DNA from: a virus
Direction: 5' to 3' (one strand)
DNA: 64,000 nucleotides
Virus record (IMG/VR): IMGVR_UViG_3300022752_000021
The notes beneath the pieces were generated by a model. It ran no database searches. It was not told where the DNA came from and was given only the letters and a program-made list of their open reading frames with translations. This document shows, one piece after another, positions 47,582 to 57,177 of the stretch; within the stretch, counting starts at the first letter, position 1, and each line of letters starts with the position of its first letter. The position numbers were made by a program, and so were the translations under genes.

Positions 47582-48715
47582 TTACCTGTTCTTTAGACCT
47601 TTTCTTGCCAATGCAGATGTGTAGTGCTGCATGATTGGATTTACTGTTGTTTCTTCTGCGATTTCTTGTTCATCATCGCCTGAGTCAAGAATGACTTCTT
47701 CGATGAGGTTTTCAGTGACTGGTGCTGGTGCCTTGACGCGACGAGCATTTCCGAAGTATGATTCCTTGAGAACTGCTAACTTCTCTTCGAAGAGTTCTTC
47801 TGAATCAAACTCAATGCCTTCAGCAAGAGTGCGAAGTTTTTCGACTTGAGTATCTGCTAAACCATCGCAGTATGATTCAAAGATGTCGTCGCAGCGAAGT
47901 GCAAGGATTTCCTTACGGAGTTCCATGTTTTCTGCAACTTGCTCATTGACTTCGTCGCGAAGTTCTTCGTTCTCATCAGAGAGTTCGTCCATGAGGTCGA
48001 TCTTCTCTTCTGGAACTTGGATGAAGTTTTGCTCAAAGAGTCCCTTCATTCCATTGAGGAAGTTCTCTGCGATCTCAACCTTGAGTTCACTCTCAAGGAC
48101 AAGGCGGTTTTCCTTGACCCATTCTTCAGCGATGTATGAGATGTAATCGTTGACGCGACCAGAGAGTTCATCAAGAATCTTCTCGGTGTTCTCTGCAATG
48201 GTCTGCTCATAGGCTTCTTCAAGACTATCAACGATTGCGTCGTAACGCTCGTTGATTGCTGCCTCAAAGATTGCGATTGCCTTGTTCTTGAAGTCCTCTG
48301 AGAGTTCTTCGCCATCGAACATAGCAACAAGGTGTTCCTTCATAGTGAAGTCAGTCTTATCTGGAATCTTTGCCTTGCCCTTGAAGCCTTCCTTCGAAGC
48401 GATGGTTGCCTTGTTCTTACCCGACTTGTCTTCTGGTTCAGGGAACTTCTTGATCTTCCCACCACCAAAGTCAGTATTGGTATCGCTAGTTGCAACAACT
48501 TCGTATTCTTCGGAGACATCTTCCTCTTCGGAATCGTCATCTTCAAAGTCTTCGTCATCGTCAATCTCGTCTTCATCATCGAAGTCTTCTTCGTCTTCGT
48601 CAAGGAGTTCCTCCTCAACTGGCTCGTCTTCGTCAATGGTATCTTCCTCGTCAACCTCGTTATCGATGTCTTCAAGGATCTCTTCTTCTTCGTAGAACTC
48701 TTCTGGCTGAGGCAT
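47582..48715 (-). CDS. gp22: Prohead core scaffold protein
   Basis: ELSEDFK.KA..IFEAA, Y..Y..EEW..EN, GL..TQ.EKL..LAE, LKESYF; long acidic N-terminus. Confidence 0.93.
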   Translation of the reverse strand: MPQPEEFYEEEEILEDIDNEVDEEDTIDEDEPVEEELLDEDEEDFDDEDEIDDDEDFEDDDSEEEDVSEEYEVVATSDTNTDFGGGKIKKFPEPEDKSGKNKATIASKEGFKGKAKIPDKTDFTMKEHLVAMFDGEELSEDFKNKAIAIFEAAINERYDAIVDSLEEAYEQTIAENTEKILDELSGRVNDYISYIAEEWVKENRLVLESELKVEIAENFLNGMKGLFEQNFIQVPEEKIDLMDELSDENEELRDEVNEQVAENMELRKEILALRCDDIFESYCDGLADTQVEKLRTLAEGIEFDSEELFEEKLAVLKESYFGNARRVKAPAPVTENLIEEVILDSGDDEQEIAEETTVNPIMQHYTSALARKGLKNR

Positions 48716-48749
48716 TAGAAATCTCCTTTATCTTCCCTATGTATAATAT

Positions 48750-49397
48750 TTAGAGTTTTGATATGAAGTCCTTGAAGACTTCTAACTTTGCTTCTTCTAG
48801 TTCTCTTGAACTAGCCTTCTTTATAACTTTTTGGTAGGAGGAAATAGTTTTCTCCTGTAGGATTCCGTTGTTCCAAACCCATTCCTTACCTTCCATGATG
48901 CCATTTACAAAGGCATTTGGTGCAGATGGATCTGCAACGATATCGACTGTGGCAAGGCTGAAATCATCCTGAACTTCATTGATTCCGTTCACTTGCTTGA
49001 GTGAACCCATACCACGGGATGAAACTCCAAGACGAACTCCTTCATCAATAAGATTCTTCACGATATTTCCAAATGGAGTGTCAAGGATTTTTGCCTTACC
49101 GTAAACAACTGTGCCATCCATGTTCATTTCCTTGATGATGTGTGAAACACGATCAAGGTTCAGAGATGGACCCTGTGGGTGTCCTAGTTCACCAAGAGAA
49201 CGACTGCTCTTGATGTAGTTTTCGTTATATTTCTCAACCTCACGCTCCATGATGGATTGTGGGTAGACGCGACCATTCTTGTTCACTTGCTCGGATTCCA
49301 TGAACACACCACGGATGTAGTAGTTCTTCTTTCCGTTGCCAGCATCTTCAGCAATGGTCTGAATGTTTGTCTCGTTGTGTTCTGTGATCAGTAGCAT
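48750..49397 (-). CDS. gp21: Prohead protease
   Basis: N.NGRVYP, LGELGHP, DRVSH, ILDTP.G, GVSSRGMGS, DIVADPSAP.AFV.GIME. Confidence 0.97.
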   Translation of the reverse strand: MLLITEHNETNIQTIAEDAGNGKKNYYIRGVFMESEQVNKNGRVYPQSIMEREVEKYNENYIKSSRSLGELGHPQGPSLNLDRVSHIIKEMNMDGTVVYGKAKILDTPFGNIVKNLIDEGVRLGVSSRGMGSLKQVNGINEVQDDFSLATVDIVADPSAPNAFVNGIMEGKEWVWNNGILQEKTISSYQKVIKKASSRELEEAKLEVFKDFISKL

Positions 49398-49406
49398 GAA
49401 AACTCC

Positions 49407-49898
49407 TTAGCGGTACTTACCTTTATTCTTGGTCTTTGCGGCTTGAGCAGGAGTCAACTTGCCAGCCTTTACAGCAGCATTGATTCGTGAACCAAGGACT
49501 TCATCCTTTGGAGCCTCAACTGTGCCGTCTTGATCATAGTCTTTACCTTCTTCCACAGAACCCCATCCAGTTTTTGCACGAATAGCAAACTGAAGTTCCT
49601 TCATATTTCCATATTCAGGAGAGCCTTTCTTGTGTGGACCAGAAGACTTAAGTGCGGATAATTGCTTCTTTAGTTCTGCAACTGATTTCTTTGTGTGTTC
49701 TCCCTTTTCTGATGGAGAAACAACAGTACTTGTGTCCCACTTTTCATCAATATCGCCATAAATGCTTTGTCCCACTTCAGCGCGAACATCATCGATGTTG
49801 TCTGCAACAGTGGAGAAAAGAAGGCTGTTTGTAAGTTCCTTGGCAGAGACGAAGTCTTCGTCCATGATTGCTCTGATTAGATCTCTTGAGTCGGACAT
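49407..49898 (-). CDS. Prohead core / internal protein at the gp67-68 position
   Basis: Lies between gp20 and gp21; helical N-terminal segment followed by basic modules. Confidence 0.65.
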   Translation of the reverse strand: MSDSRDLIRAIMDEDFVSAKELTNSLLFSTVADNIDDVRAEVGQSIYGDIDEKWDTSTVVSPSEKGEHTKKSVAELKKQLSALKSSGPHKKGSPEYGNMKELQFAIRAKTGWGSVEEGKDYDQDGTVEAPKDEVLGSRINAAVKAGKLTPAQAAKTKNKGKYR

Positions 49899-49921
49899 TT
49901 TATTCTCCTAGATTCTATTAT

Positions 49922-51601
49922 CTATTGTTTCTTATTACTCTGTGTTTGTTCGCCACCACCCATTTGTGCTTGCAACTGTGCCTGAGCCTGTTGCTGTTGC
50001 AACTGTTGCTGCATCTGAATATCGCCAGTCATTTGTTGTGTGGTAGCCTGAGTTGCAATCTGTGTTGGGATGGCAGTGTTAGGATCTTGCTGCTTCTCCT
50101 GTTCAACCTGTGCAGCAATATCTGCCATATCTTCATCAGTCATTCTCAGGATATTCTTCTGAATGTATGACTTGGAGAAGTACTTGCCGAGATATGGATC
50201 CGCAGAGTTCACAAGGTTTAGGCGATTCGTCATAATCTCGTTTTCCTTGGCTTCCGTGAAATAGGAGTCCTTGCGGAAATCAAAGCGAATCATTGGGTGA
50301 ATGTAGTCCCAATCTTCCTTCGTGATCACTCCCTTGAGCAGCAACTGAGTCTTCAGTGCATCAAGGAAAAGTTCTGCAAACTTCTTTCTGAGTCTTTCAA
50401 TAAAGCGGAAGAACTTGAGTTCGTCTCGCGTGATCTCCGCTTGGCGACCCATGTTGAATCCGTTTTGATCTGTCTCAAGACGGGACATCGGAACATTGAG
50501 AGACTTATACAACTTCTTTTGAAAGTATAGAACATCGTCCATCTGTCCGAGGTTCTGACCACCTGGTAGAGTGCTGACTTCTGTTCCCTTGCCACCTTCG
50601 CGGCGGGGCATCCAGAAGTCTTCAAGCATGGTCATGTGCCGTCGTTCGTCCTTCAGTTCTCCTGTTGATGCATCATAGACCAACTTGTTTCGGTAGCGGT
50701 TCATGATGTCCTTGAGATACTGCTCTGCCTTATTCTTTGGAAGATTTCCAACGTCGATGTAGAACACTCTACGCTCAGGTGCGCGTGATAGACGATAGAT
50801 GACAACTGCATCCTCTACCATCTTGAGTTGGTTGAGTGGCTTCAATGCCTTGTGTACATACGACAAGACTCTCTTCTTACCTGAGTCAAACAACCCACTG
50901 TGAATGTAGCAGATCGAATCTGTGGCAATCTTCACACCCTTTGTTGGTGTGGCAGGAGTGAATGCAGCGGTGGTTGTGGATGTTTCCTCGCGCTCGCTGT
51001 AGACAAAGAACTCATCGACCTTGGTGACAAGATCGGCATTGGTTGCCTTGTCCTTCTTCTTCTGAACATTTCGGACTTTTCTGATGTGAGTTGATTCAAT
51101 TGGACGTAGTTCGACAAGACCCTTCTTTGGATTTTCCTTGTCGATGATCTTGTGATAATAGAGTCTTCCATCTATGTACCACTTGCGGAATATCTCATAC
51201 CCCTTGTCCTGAAACTTAAGGAGTCTGAGTACTTCATCAAACTCCTCTTCGATCTTTCCCTTTATCTTTGGGGAAAGTTTTCTATTGTCGATCACTATCT
51301 CAACAGGACGCTTTGTGTCATCATAGACAACTGCTTCATTGCAGATGTCATCGATAGCCATCTCTACTTCTGGATAGAGAGCCATCTCTCTATACTTGCG
51401 AATCATGTCTGCTGTTGACTTGATTCCACCATCGAAATCCATGTACGAACTAAAATAGACACCTGAAGAAATGGGCATAGCCCCGTCATCAAGTTCAGGA
51501 GGGGCGAACGATGCGTTCGTCTTGATATCCTCCTGCTCAAGTTTCGGGGCTATTCTTTCACCCGCTCTTCCGAGCGACCAACCAAAAAGTTCAAAAGCCA
51601 T
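49922..51601 (-). CDS. gp20: Portal vertex protein
   Basis: YREMA..PE...AI..I.NE, WYIDGR, NQL.M.EDA.VIYR.SRAPERR.FYIDVGNLPK.KAEQY, MLEDFW.PRREGG.GTE; Gln-rich tail. Confidence 0.98.
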   Translation of the reverse strand: MAFELFGWSLGRAGERIAPKLEQEDIKTNASFAPPELDDGAMPISSGVYFSSYMDFDGGIKSTADMIRKYREMALYPEVEMAIDDICNEAVVYDDTKRPVEIVIDNRKLSPKIKGKIEEEFDEVLRLLKFQDKGYEIFRKWYIDGRLYYHKIIDKENPKKGLVELRPIESTHIRKVRNVQKKKDKATNADLVTKVDEFFVYSEREETSTTTAAFTPATPTKGVKIATDSICYIHSGLFDSGKKRVLSYVHKALKPLNQLKMVEDAVVIYRLSRAPERRVFYIDVGNLPKNKAEQYLKDIMNRYRNKLVYDASTGELKDERRHMTMLEDFWMPRREGGKGTEVSTLPGGQNLGQMDDVLYFQKKLYKSLNVPMSRLETDQNGFNMGRQAEITRDELKFFRFIERLRKKFAELFLDALKTQLLLKGVITKEDWDYIHPMIRFDFRKDSYFTEAKENEIMTNRLNLVNSADPYLGKYFSKSYIQKNILRMTDEDMADIAAQVEQEKQQDPNTAIPTQIATQATTQQMTGDIQMQQQLQQQQAQAQLQAQMGGGEQTQSNKKQ

Positions 51602-51619
51602 TCATTTCTCCAAATAAAA

Positions 51620-52189
51620 TTACACTGTTGGCGTGAAGTTGCTCAAGCCAGGAAGCGGTGATGCGTCTGGCGTACCGATATTTGACGTGAAGTATGAGTA
51701 AGCAAGAGTCACACTAAACTCTTCAATCTGATCAGTTGCTTCATATGAGAGGTCGATTGATGAGATATCTGTTGGGAAACAACCAATCAACTTATATGCC
51801 TTGACTGGCTGACCAGTGCGGTCAAGTTGATTTACTTGCCAATCTTGGAACACTGGTCCTGCAAGGTTTGAAAACTCTGATGCAGCAACATTTCGTTCCA
51901 TTGCCTGAATATTGTTGACCCAAAGTTCAAACAAGTTACGCAACTGAAACTTATTGTCGTTGATGATTGTGATAGACCAATCACCAAATGTTCTGTCGCC
52001 AGGAACTTTAATTCGTCTGCCGCGATATGGGATTTCGATTGTTCCCAACGCGGTTCCTGGTAATGATGCAGACTTTACAAGGAATGGGGTAAGAGAACTT
52101 TGGCTCGTACCGATGTTTCCTTGAACTTCAAAGAGCGATGGCTTGACACCGGCTCCCTGCATTGCATTTGCAAATCTCTTGATGTTCAT
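51620..52189 (-). CDS. gp19: Tail tube protein
   Basis: ASLPG..G.IE.PYRGR..K..GDRTF..W..T..ND..F..R..FE.W, V.QLDR.G, FPT.IS.IDL......IEEF.V. Confidence 0.96.
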   Translation of the reverse strand: MNIKRFANAMQGAGVKPSLFEVQGNIGTSQSSLTPFLVKSASLPGTALGTIEIPYRGRRIKVPGDRTFGDWSITIINDNKFQLRNLFELWVNNIQAMERNVAASEFSNLAGPVFQDWQVNQLDRTGQPVKAYKLIGCFPTDISSIDLSYEATDQIEEFSVTLAYSYFTSNIGTPDASPLPGLSNFTPTV

Positions 52190-52213
52190 TCTTTGTTACT
52201 CCCTATGGTCTAT

Positions 52214-55213
52214 TTATTCGATGGTGGTTAGGTTGAAGTCACTTCTCACAGCAACGAAGTTCAACTGAACGAAGTTGATGGACTTCAATGGCTTGATATA
52301 AATGTCTGCAACAAACTGATTGCTGTCGATTACTTGCGATGTATTGTTCGTTTCATCACAAACAACCTTGAAATCAGCAATACCGCGCTGTGCTTGAACA
52401 CTAGAAAGGAATGGTGTTACAAGATTGCGGAATTGGGAGCGAGTAAACTCGTCATTGAATTCAAAGAGAGAATACTTGGCTGCTTTAGCAATAGCCTTCT
52501 CAAGAGCAATAAACACTCTACGAACATTGATGCGGTCAAATGCACTTGGCTTCGTCAACATGGTCTTATCGCTGAAAAGAACGGTTCCTGAACCATCGTT
52601 GAACTGAACAAAGAAGTTGATTCCATTCTTGTAGAGTTCATCGCGATCTGCCTTGCTGAAATTAGTTTCCAACTTCACAGCATTTCGGATAAAGCCTCTT
52701 GAGAACCCTGCGGGAGATTCCCAAGGAATCTCTTGAGCGCATAGAATTCCAGCAACATCCGACGAGAGAGGCATCTTCCTCAATTGGTTGTTGAAGGTAT
52801 CAAAGAAAATCTTGCGTCCAGCAACAAGAACCGTGTATGAGTTTGATGGAATCGTTAGTTTAGTTTTTCTGAATTGAATCGCGTTATTTGTTGTTATTGC
52901 TGAGTTTTGATTTGCCGATCCTGGGTTTTCTGTTGGTAAAACCAAAATCGTGTCTTTTCTCTTGGAAATAATATTGTCATACACATACGATTCAAGCGTA
53001 GTCTCACTTGAGTTATCTGCAATATGCATGTAAAGTTCTGGTATAAACAGAACATCAACTGCATTATCATCATCAGCAAACATTGCATAGGCTTTTGAAT
53101 ATTCTGATATCGTTGCAGCAGATACTCCAGATTCTCCATAATTAAGTGTTGTCTCATAGTTGGAGTTTTTAGTATATGTGACGCCATCTGCACCAATGTA
53201 TTGATATGTTATTTCGCCAAAGGTAGAATCAGCCTTTGACGCATAATTTGCATTTCCGCCAACAAGATCAAACGCCCTAGTCATATACACATATTTTGAA
53301 TTGTTGTTGATGAAATCTTTATAGTAGATGGATTGGTTATCCGCATTTTTTCCGTCAACCGCTTTTGATAGAAGTTCGAATCGTTCCAAAACACTATTTT
53401 TAGCACCAAATTTTCCACCAGCATCAACAATGACAATATTGATTTCATCGTTTGATCCACCAAGTGATGCTGCGTATGGAGATGTACCTGGTTGTTTTTC
53501 AAAAACAAAATTGCTTTCAGAACCACCGCCACTAGATTCTCCATTGCTAGTTTGTATAGTACCAGTGACATCTGCTTTTTCACCAATTTGAATAATCCCA
53601 TATTTGAAATTATCCCTTATTCCTGTAACTCCACCCACATTACCGAAGTCAACAGTTTTTTCAACCACGGAATCCGAATCAAAAAGTGTTGAATAAGTTC
53701 TGACATTATGTGTTCCCGTCAAACCTATAAGTGTTGCTAAACCTTTTACAGTTGTTGGTGGCGGATATGTGTTATCTCCAGTTATAAAAGGATATACGAG
53801 ATGGGCAAAATCAAAAGATCGCTGTATTGGGGTATTTCTGGCATTATATTTTTTTGCATCTGTTTGTATTTCAGTTACTATGTCACCTGTAAACAATGAG
53901 TTAATACCAGTTGTAGTTGTATATTGGGAAAAGAAAATTCTAGGTGTTGATTCTTGTGTTGTTGCAAAATGGCTCGGAACTCCACTGGACGCAATCACGT
54001 CTGTAAAAATAATTTTTCTACCATTACCGTCAAAGTTTGGTTGCTCTGGATTGCCATTATTAGGAGCCTGCCATTCTTGTGGTGCATTATATCTGTCATT
54101 AACACCAATTGATTGCTTATCAAAATTCATAAAAATCATATCAACAAAGGCTGCATTACTTGGGTTGATACGCATTAATACTTTTGGACTCCAACCGACA
54201 GTGCCCAGATTACCACCAAAATCATAAGGAGTAAATGGGGTGATTGGCTTTGCCTGATTTACATTATCAATCCCACCGTGATATCCAAGTGGAAATGTAT
54301 TTTGAACATTTCCATCTGGATTAATACCATTGCCAGTTAGATTGTAATTCGCGGTTGTTGTTCCCGATGCATATAAGAAATTAAATCTTTCATAGAAGTT
54401 GGATGCTAAGTGGGGAGAATCGGATAAACCAATAAAGTTTGTTGGTGTTACGTCTTCTGGTGGTTCAAATGTTACAATATAATATGGAATATTAATGAAT
54501 GTAATGCCACCCGTATTACCACCAGTAGAACCAATCACGGTTCTTGATAAATTACCCTGTCCATCATTAATTATCTCTTCAACAAAAGATTGAAGAGTTA
54601 ATCCACAAATTCCTGAAGTAACACCTTGAATCATGGATCCTTGATATCCACCTTTAAGTGTGAAATCATTGTATGACCCAGAATAATTTATTTGAGTTCC
54701 TGTAGGTGTGGTACCCGTTGTATTTCCATCACTCACATAAACCTTGAGCGAGTCACCAAAATTTCCAGGATATCTTGCTCTAAAGTGTGCTAGTGGTTCT
54801 ATTCCCTGAGAGTCCGATGAGAATCCGCCAAGTTTCTTAAACTCTTCAAAACTTGAAATTGATCGGTATTGACAACTGTTTATATTGGTTATTCCTGCTT
54901 CATCACTGGTAGAGTTTGAATCTGTTGATTTCAATACACGAATTACATTAAGATTATTCGAATACTTCAAGAAATTAGCAGCAGAGAGAAAATCTGTATT
55001 TCCAACAACATCAGATTGGTCTAGAGTTGGTTTACCGTATAGTTCAGCCAACTGACTTTCTGTACTTACCCGATTCTTTTCATAACCAGGACCCCAATTG
55101 AATATCCCAACCATACCACCACTATTCAATGATTCTGGTTGGACAAATTGTGAAAGATCAATCTCCGATACATTTACACCTGGACTTAGTTGTGTTGGGA
55201 TTGGACTAGCCAT
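52214..55213 (-). CDS. gp18: Tail sheath protein, second copy with a ~400-aa insertion
   Basis: QLSPGV..SEIDL, F.WGP, AANFL.Y, A.YPG..G, W.SPAG..RG, SAFDRINVRR.FI.LEK, FVADIYIKP..SINF.QLNF. Confidence 0.92.
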   Translation of the reverse strand: MASPIPTQLSPGVNVSEIDLSQFVQPESLNSGGMVGIFNWGPGYEKNRVSTESQLAELYGKPTLDQSDVVGNTDFLSAANFLKYSNNLNVIRVLKSTDSNSTSDEAGITNINSCQYRSISSFEEFKKLGGFSSDSQGIEPLAHFRARYPGNFGDSLKVYVSDGNTTGTTPTGTQINYSGSYNDFTLKGGYQGSMIQGVTSGICGLTLQSFVEEIINDGQGNLSRTVIGSTGGNTGGITFINIPYYIVTFEPPEDVTPTNFIGLSDSPHLASNFYERFNFLYASGTTTANYNLTGNGINPDGNVQNTFPLGYHGGIDNVNQAKPITPFTPYDFGGNLGTVGWSPKVLMRINPSNAAFVDMIFMNFDKQSIGVNDRYNAPQEWQAPNNGNPEQPNFDGNGRKIIFTDVIASSGVPSHFATTQESTPRIFFSQYTTTTGINSLFTGDIVTEIQTDAKKYNARNTPIQRSFDFAHLVYPFITGDNTYPPPTTVKGLATLIGLTGTHNVRTYSTLFDSDSVVEKTVDFGNVGGVTGIRDNFKYGIIQIGEKADVTGTIQTSNGESSGGGSESNFVFEKQPGTSPYAASLGGSNDEINIVIVDAGGKFGAKNSVLERFELLSKAVDGKNADNQSIYYKDFINNNSKYVYMTRAFDLVGGNANYASKADSTFGEITYQYIGADGVTYTKNSNYETTLNYGESGVSAATISEYSKAYAMFADDDNAVDVLFIPELYMHIADNSSETTLESYVYDNIISKRKDTILVLPTENPGSANQNSAITTNNAIQFRKTKLTIPSNSYTVLVAGRKIFFDTFNNQLRKMPLSSDVAGILCAQEIPWESPAGFSRGFIRNAVKLETNFSKADRDELYKNGINFFVQFNDGSGTVLFSDKTMLTKPSAFDRINVRRVFIALEKAIAKAAKYSLFEFNDEFTRSQFRNLVTPFLSSVQAQRGIADFKVVCDETNNTSQVIDSNQFVADIYIKPLKSINFVQLNFVAVRSDFNLTTIE

Positions 55214-55224
55214 TTTCTCTCCTA

Positions 55225-57126
55225 TTAGATGATCTCAGTGAAGGTGCTATCTGTTCTCGTTGCGATGAAGTTCAACTGAATGAAGTTAATCGACCTTGCT
55301 GGCTTGATGTAAATGTCTGCCACGAACTGATTGTTGTCAATCACTTGACCAGTATTATTTGTTTCATCACAAATAACTCTAAAGTCCGTAATTCCTCTTT
55401 GTGCTTGAACATTTCTGAGATATGGAATGACTAGATTGCGGAATTGAGAACGGGTGAACTCATCGTTTACTTCAAACAATGAATATTTAGCAGCAGTTGC
55501 GATGGTCTTTTCAAGAGTGATGAACAACCTACGAACATTGATACGATCAAAAGCACTAGGCTTTCTCAACATTGTTTTGTCGCCAAAGAGAATTGTTCCT
55601 TCTCCACTAAATGTTGCTACAGGATTTATGGTGTTTACATATAACAAATCTCTTGAAGACTGATCTGGGTTGAATGCTAGTTTGATAGTATTTCTTATAG
55701 TTCCACGATTGAGTCCTGCTGGTGAGAACCAAGCCTGTGTTGCAGATTCACTCCTCGCACAAATTCCAGCAATATCAGAGTTCAATGGAATATAACGGAA
55801 CATATCGTTGTACTTGTCGTAAATGTACTTCCATCCACTATCCATCACAACATACGATGAATTTATTGCATAAACATTATTTCTTGTATTGATAATGTTT
55901 GAGGTTGCTATAGTTTGAGTTTTGTTCAAAACATCATTAAGTGCTGGTGACACAAACAATACGCAATCTTTGCGCTCATTGACAAGATCTGCAAGAAGTT
56001 TGACTGTTGTTGCATTTGATCTACCTGATATGAGTAGAGAGATATCAACATTATCACGATCAAGGAACTTACTATATCCCTTGGTAAAGATATTTGCTGT
56101 GGTGGAAGACGCACCAGTTCCTCCGCTTAGGCTATAACGAGAAACCTTTGCAGCAGCATAGCCTCCACTGATATCACTGAAGGTTGTTGTGAGATCTTTA
56201 GCAACGGTTTCGCCCCATAGTTGCTCAAGATTTCCTGCCCAAATGTAGTTTGATTCCGAATTGATTACAGATGTGACATAATTTGGTTGTCCATCATTGT
56301 CGCGAGCATCGTATGCTTTCGAAACATTCTGGAATGTTTCTAGGATTGTTCCTCTAGTACCAGTGAATAATCCATCTTCATCAATAACTACAACATTGAG
56401 TTCATCATTTGAGCCACCCTTGGCAGCGGCTTGTGTGCTTGTCTCGGCGGTGAGTTGGAATAGATCAGCATACTTACTGCGGAACTTCATACTTGCACTA
56501 AGACCGATTGTGCTAGCAATATATGTCTTGGTTGTAACAGTATTTCCTGCGGCAGAATCAACAAGGAAAGTTTGTGAAAACTGATTTGTTTGGTAAATCA
56601 ATTTATCGTTTTCTTCAAGCGTTCCACCCAGAACTGTTGAGAATCTGATGGTATTTACTCCGATTGATGCCGTTGCTCCAACGGTGAGTGTTGCTTCGCC
56701 ATCACCATCAATAACAACAACTTTCAACGAATTTCCTAATACTCCTGGATATTTGGCATAGAACGCAGCAGTTAGTCCAAAACTTCCACCAAGAACATCT
56801 TCATTGGCATACTGTAATCCAGTAAAACCAGAAGAGTTTGCGTTGGTTTCGTCGTTACCTATAGCACGAACAACCCGAAGATCTCGACCATACTGAAGAA
56901 AATTTGCTGCACAGTGGAAATCTATTCCGTTATCATCACGGAGAGGTTTTCCAAAAACTCTTACCAAATCGTCTTCTGATGTGATCGTGACTATTTTTTC
57001 TGCTGGACCCCATTGAAATACTCCAGCGATTGCCGCTGTGGTACTTGCAATATTTGGTGTGACATTTGTGAGGTCAATTTCCGAATAATTCACACCTGGG
57101 CTAAGTTGTACGGGGATTCTGCTCAT
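55225..57126 (-). CDS. gp18: Tail sheath protein, canonical size
   Basis: Same sheath motifs, 633 aa, directly after gp17. Confidence 0.96.
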   Translation of the reverse strand: MSRIPVQLSPGVNYSEIDLTNVTPNIASTTAAIAGVFQWGPAEKIVTITSEDDLVRVFGKPLRDDNGIDFHCAANFLQYGRDLRVVRAIGNDETNANSSGFTGLQYANEDVLGGSFGLTAAFYAKYPGVLGNSLKVVVIDGDGEATLTVGATASIGVNTIRFSTVLGGTLEENDKLIYQTNQFSQTFLVDSAAGNTVTTKTYIASTIGLSASMKFRSKYADLFQLTAETSTQAAAKGGSNDELNVVVIDEDGLFTGTRGTILETFQNVSKAYDARDNDGQPNYVTSVINSESNYIWAGNLEQLWGETVAKDLTTTFSDISGGYAAAKVSRYSLSGGTGASSTTANIFTKGYSKFLDRDNVDISLLISGRSNATTVKLLADLVNERKDCVLFVSPALNDVLNKTQTIATSNIINTRNNVYAINSSYVVMDSGWKYIYDKYNDMFRYIPLNSDIAGICARSESATQAWFSPAGLNRGTIRNTIKLAFNPDQSSRDLLYVNTINPVATFSGEGTILFGDKTMLRKPSAFDRINVRRLFITLEKTIATAAKYSLFEVNDEFTRSQFRNLVIPYLRNVQAQRGITDFRVICDETNNTGQVIDNNQFVADIYIKPARSINFIQLNFIATRTDSTFTEII

Positions 57127-57177
57127 TTTGTTCTCCAGATGATTCTATCATGTATGTAGTAAATTTTAGTATTTCAC

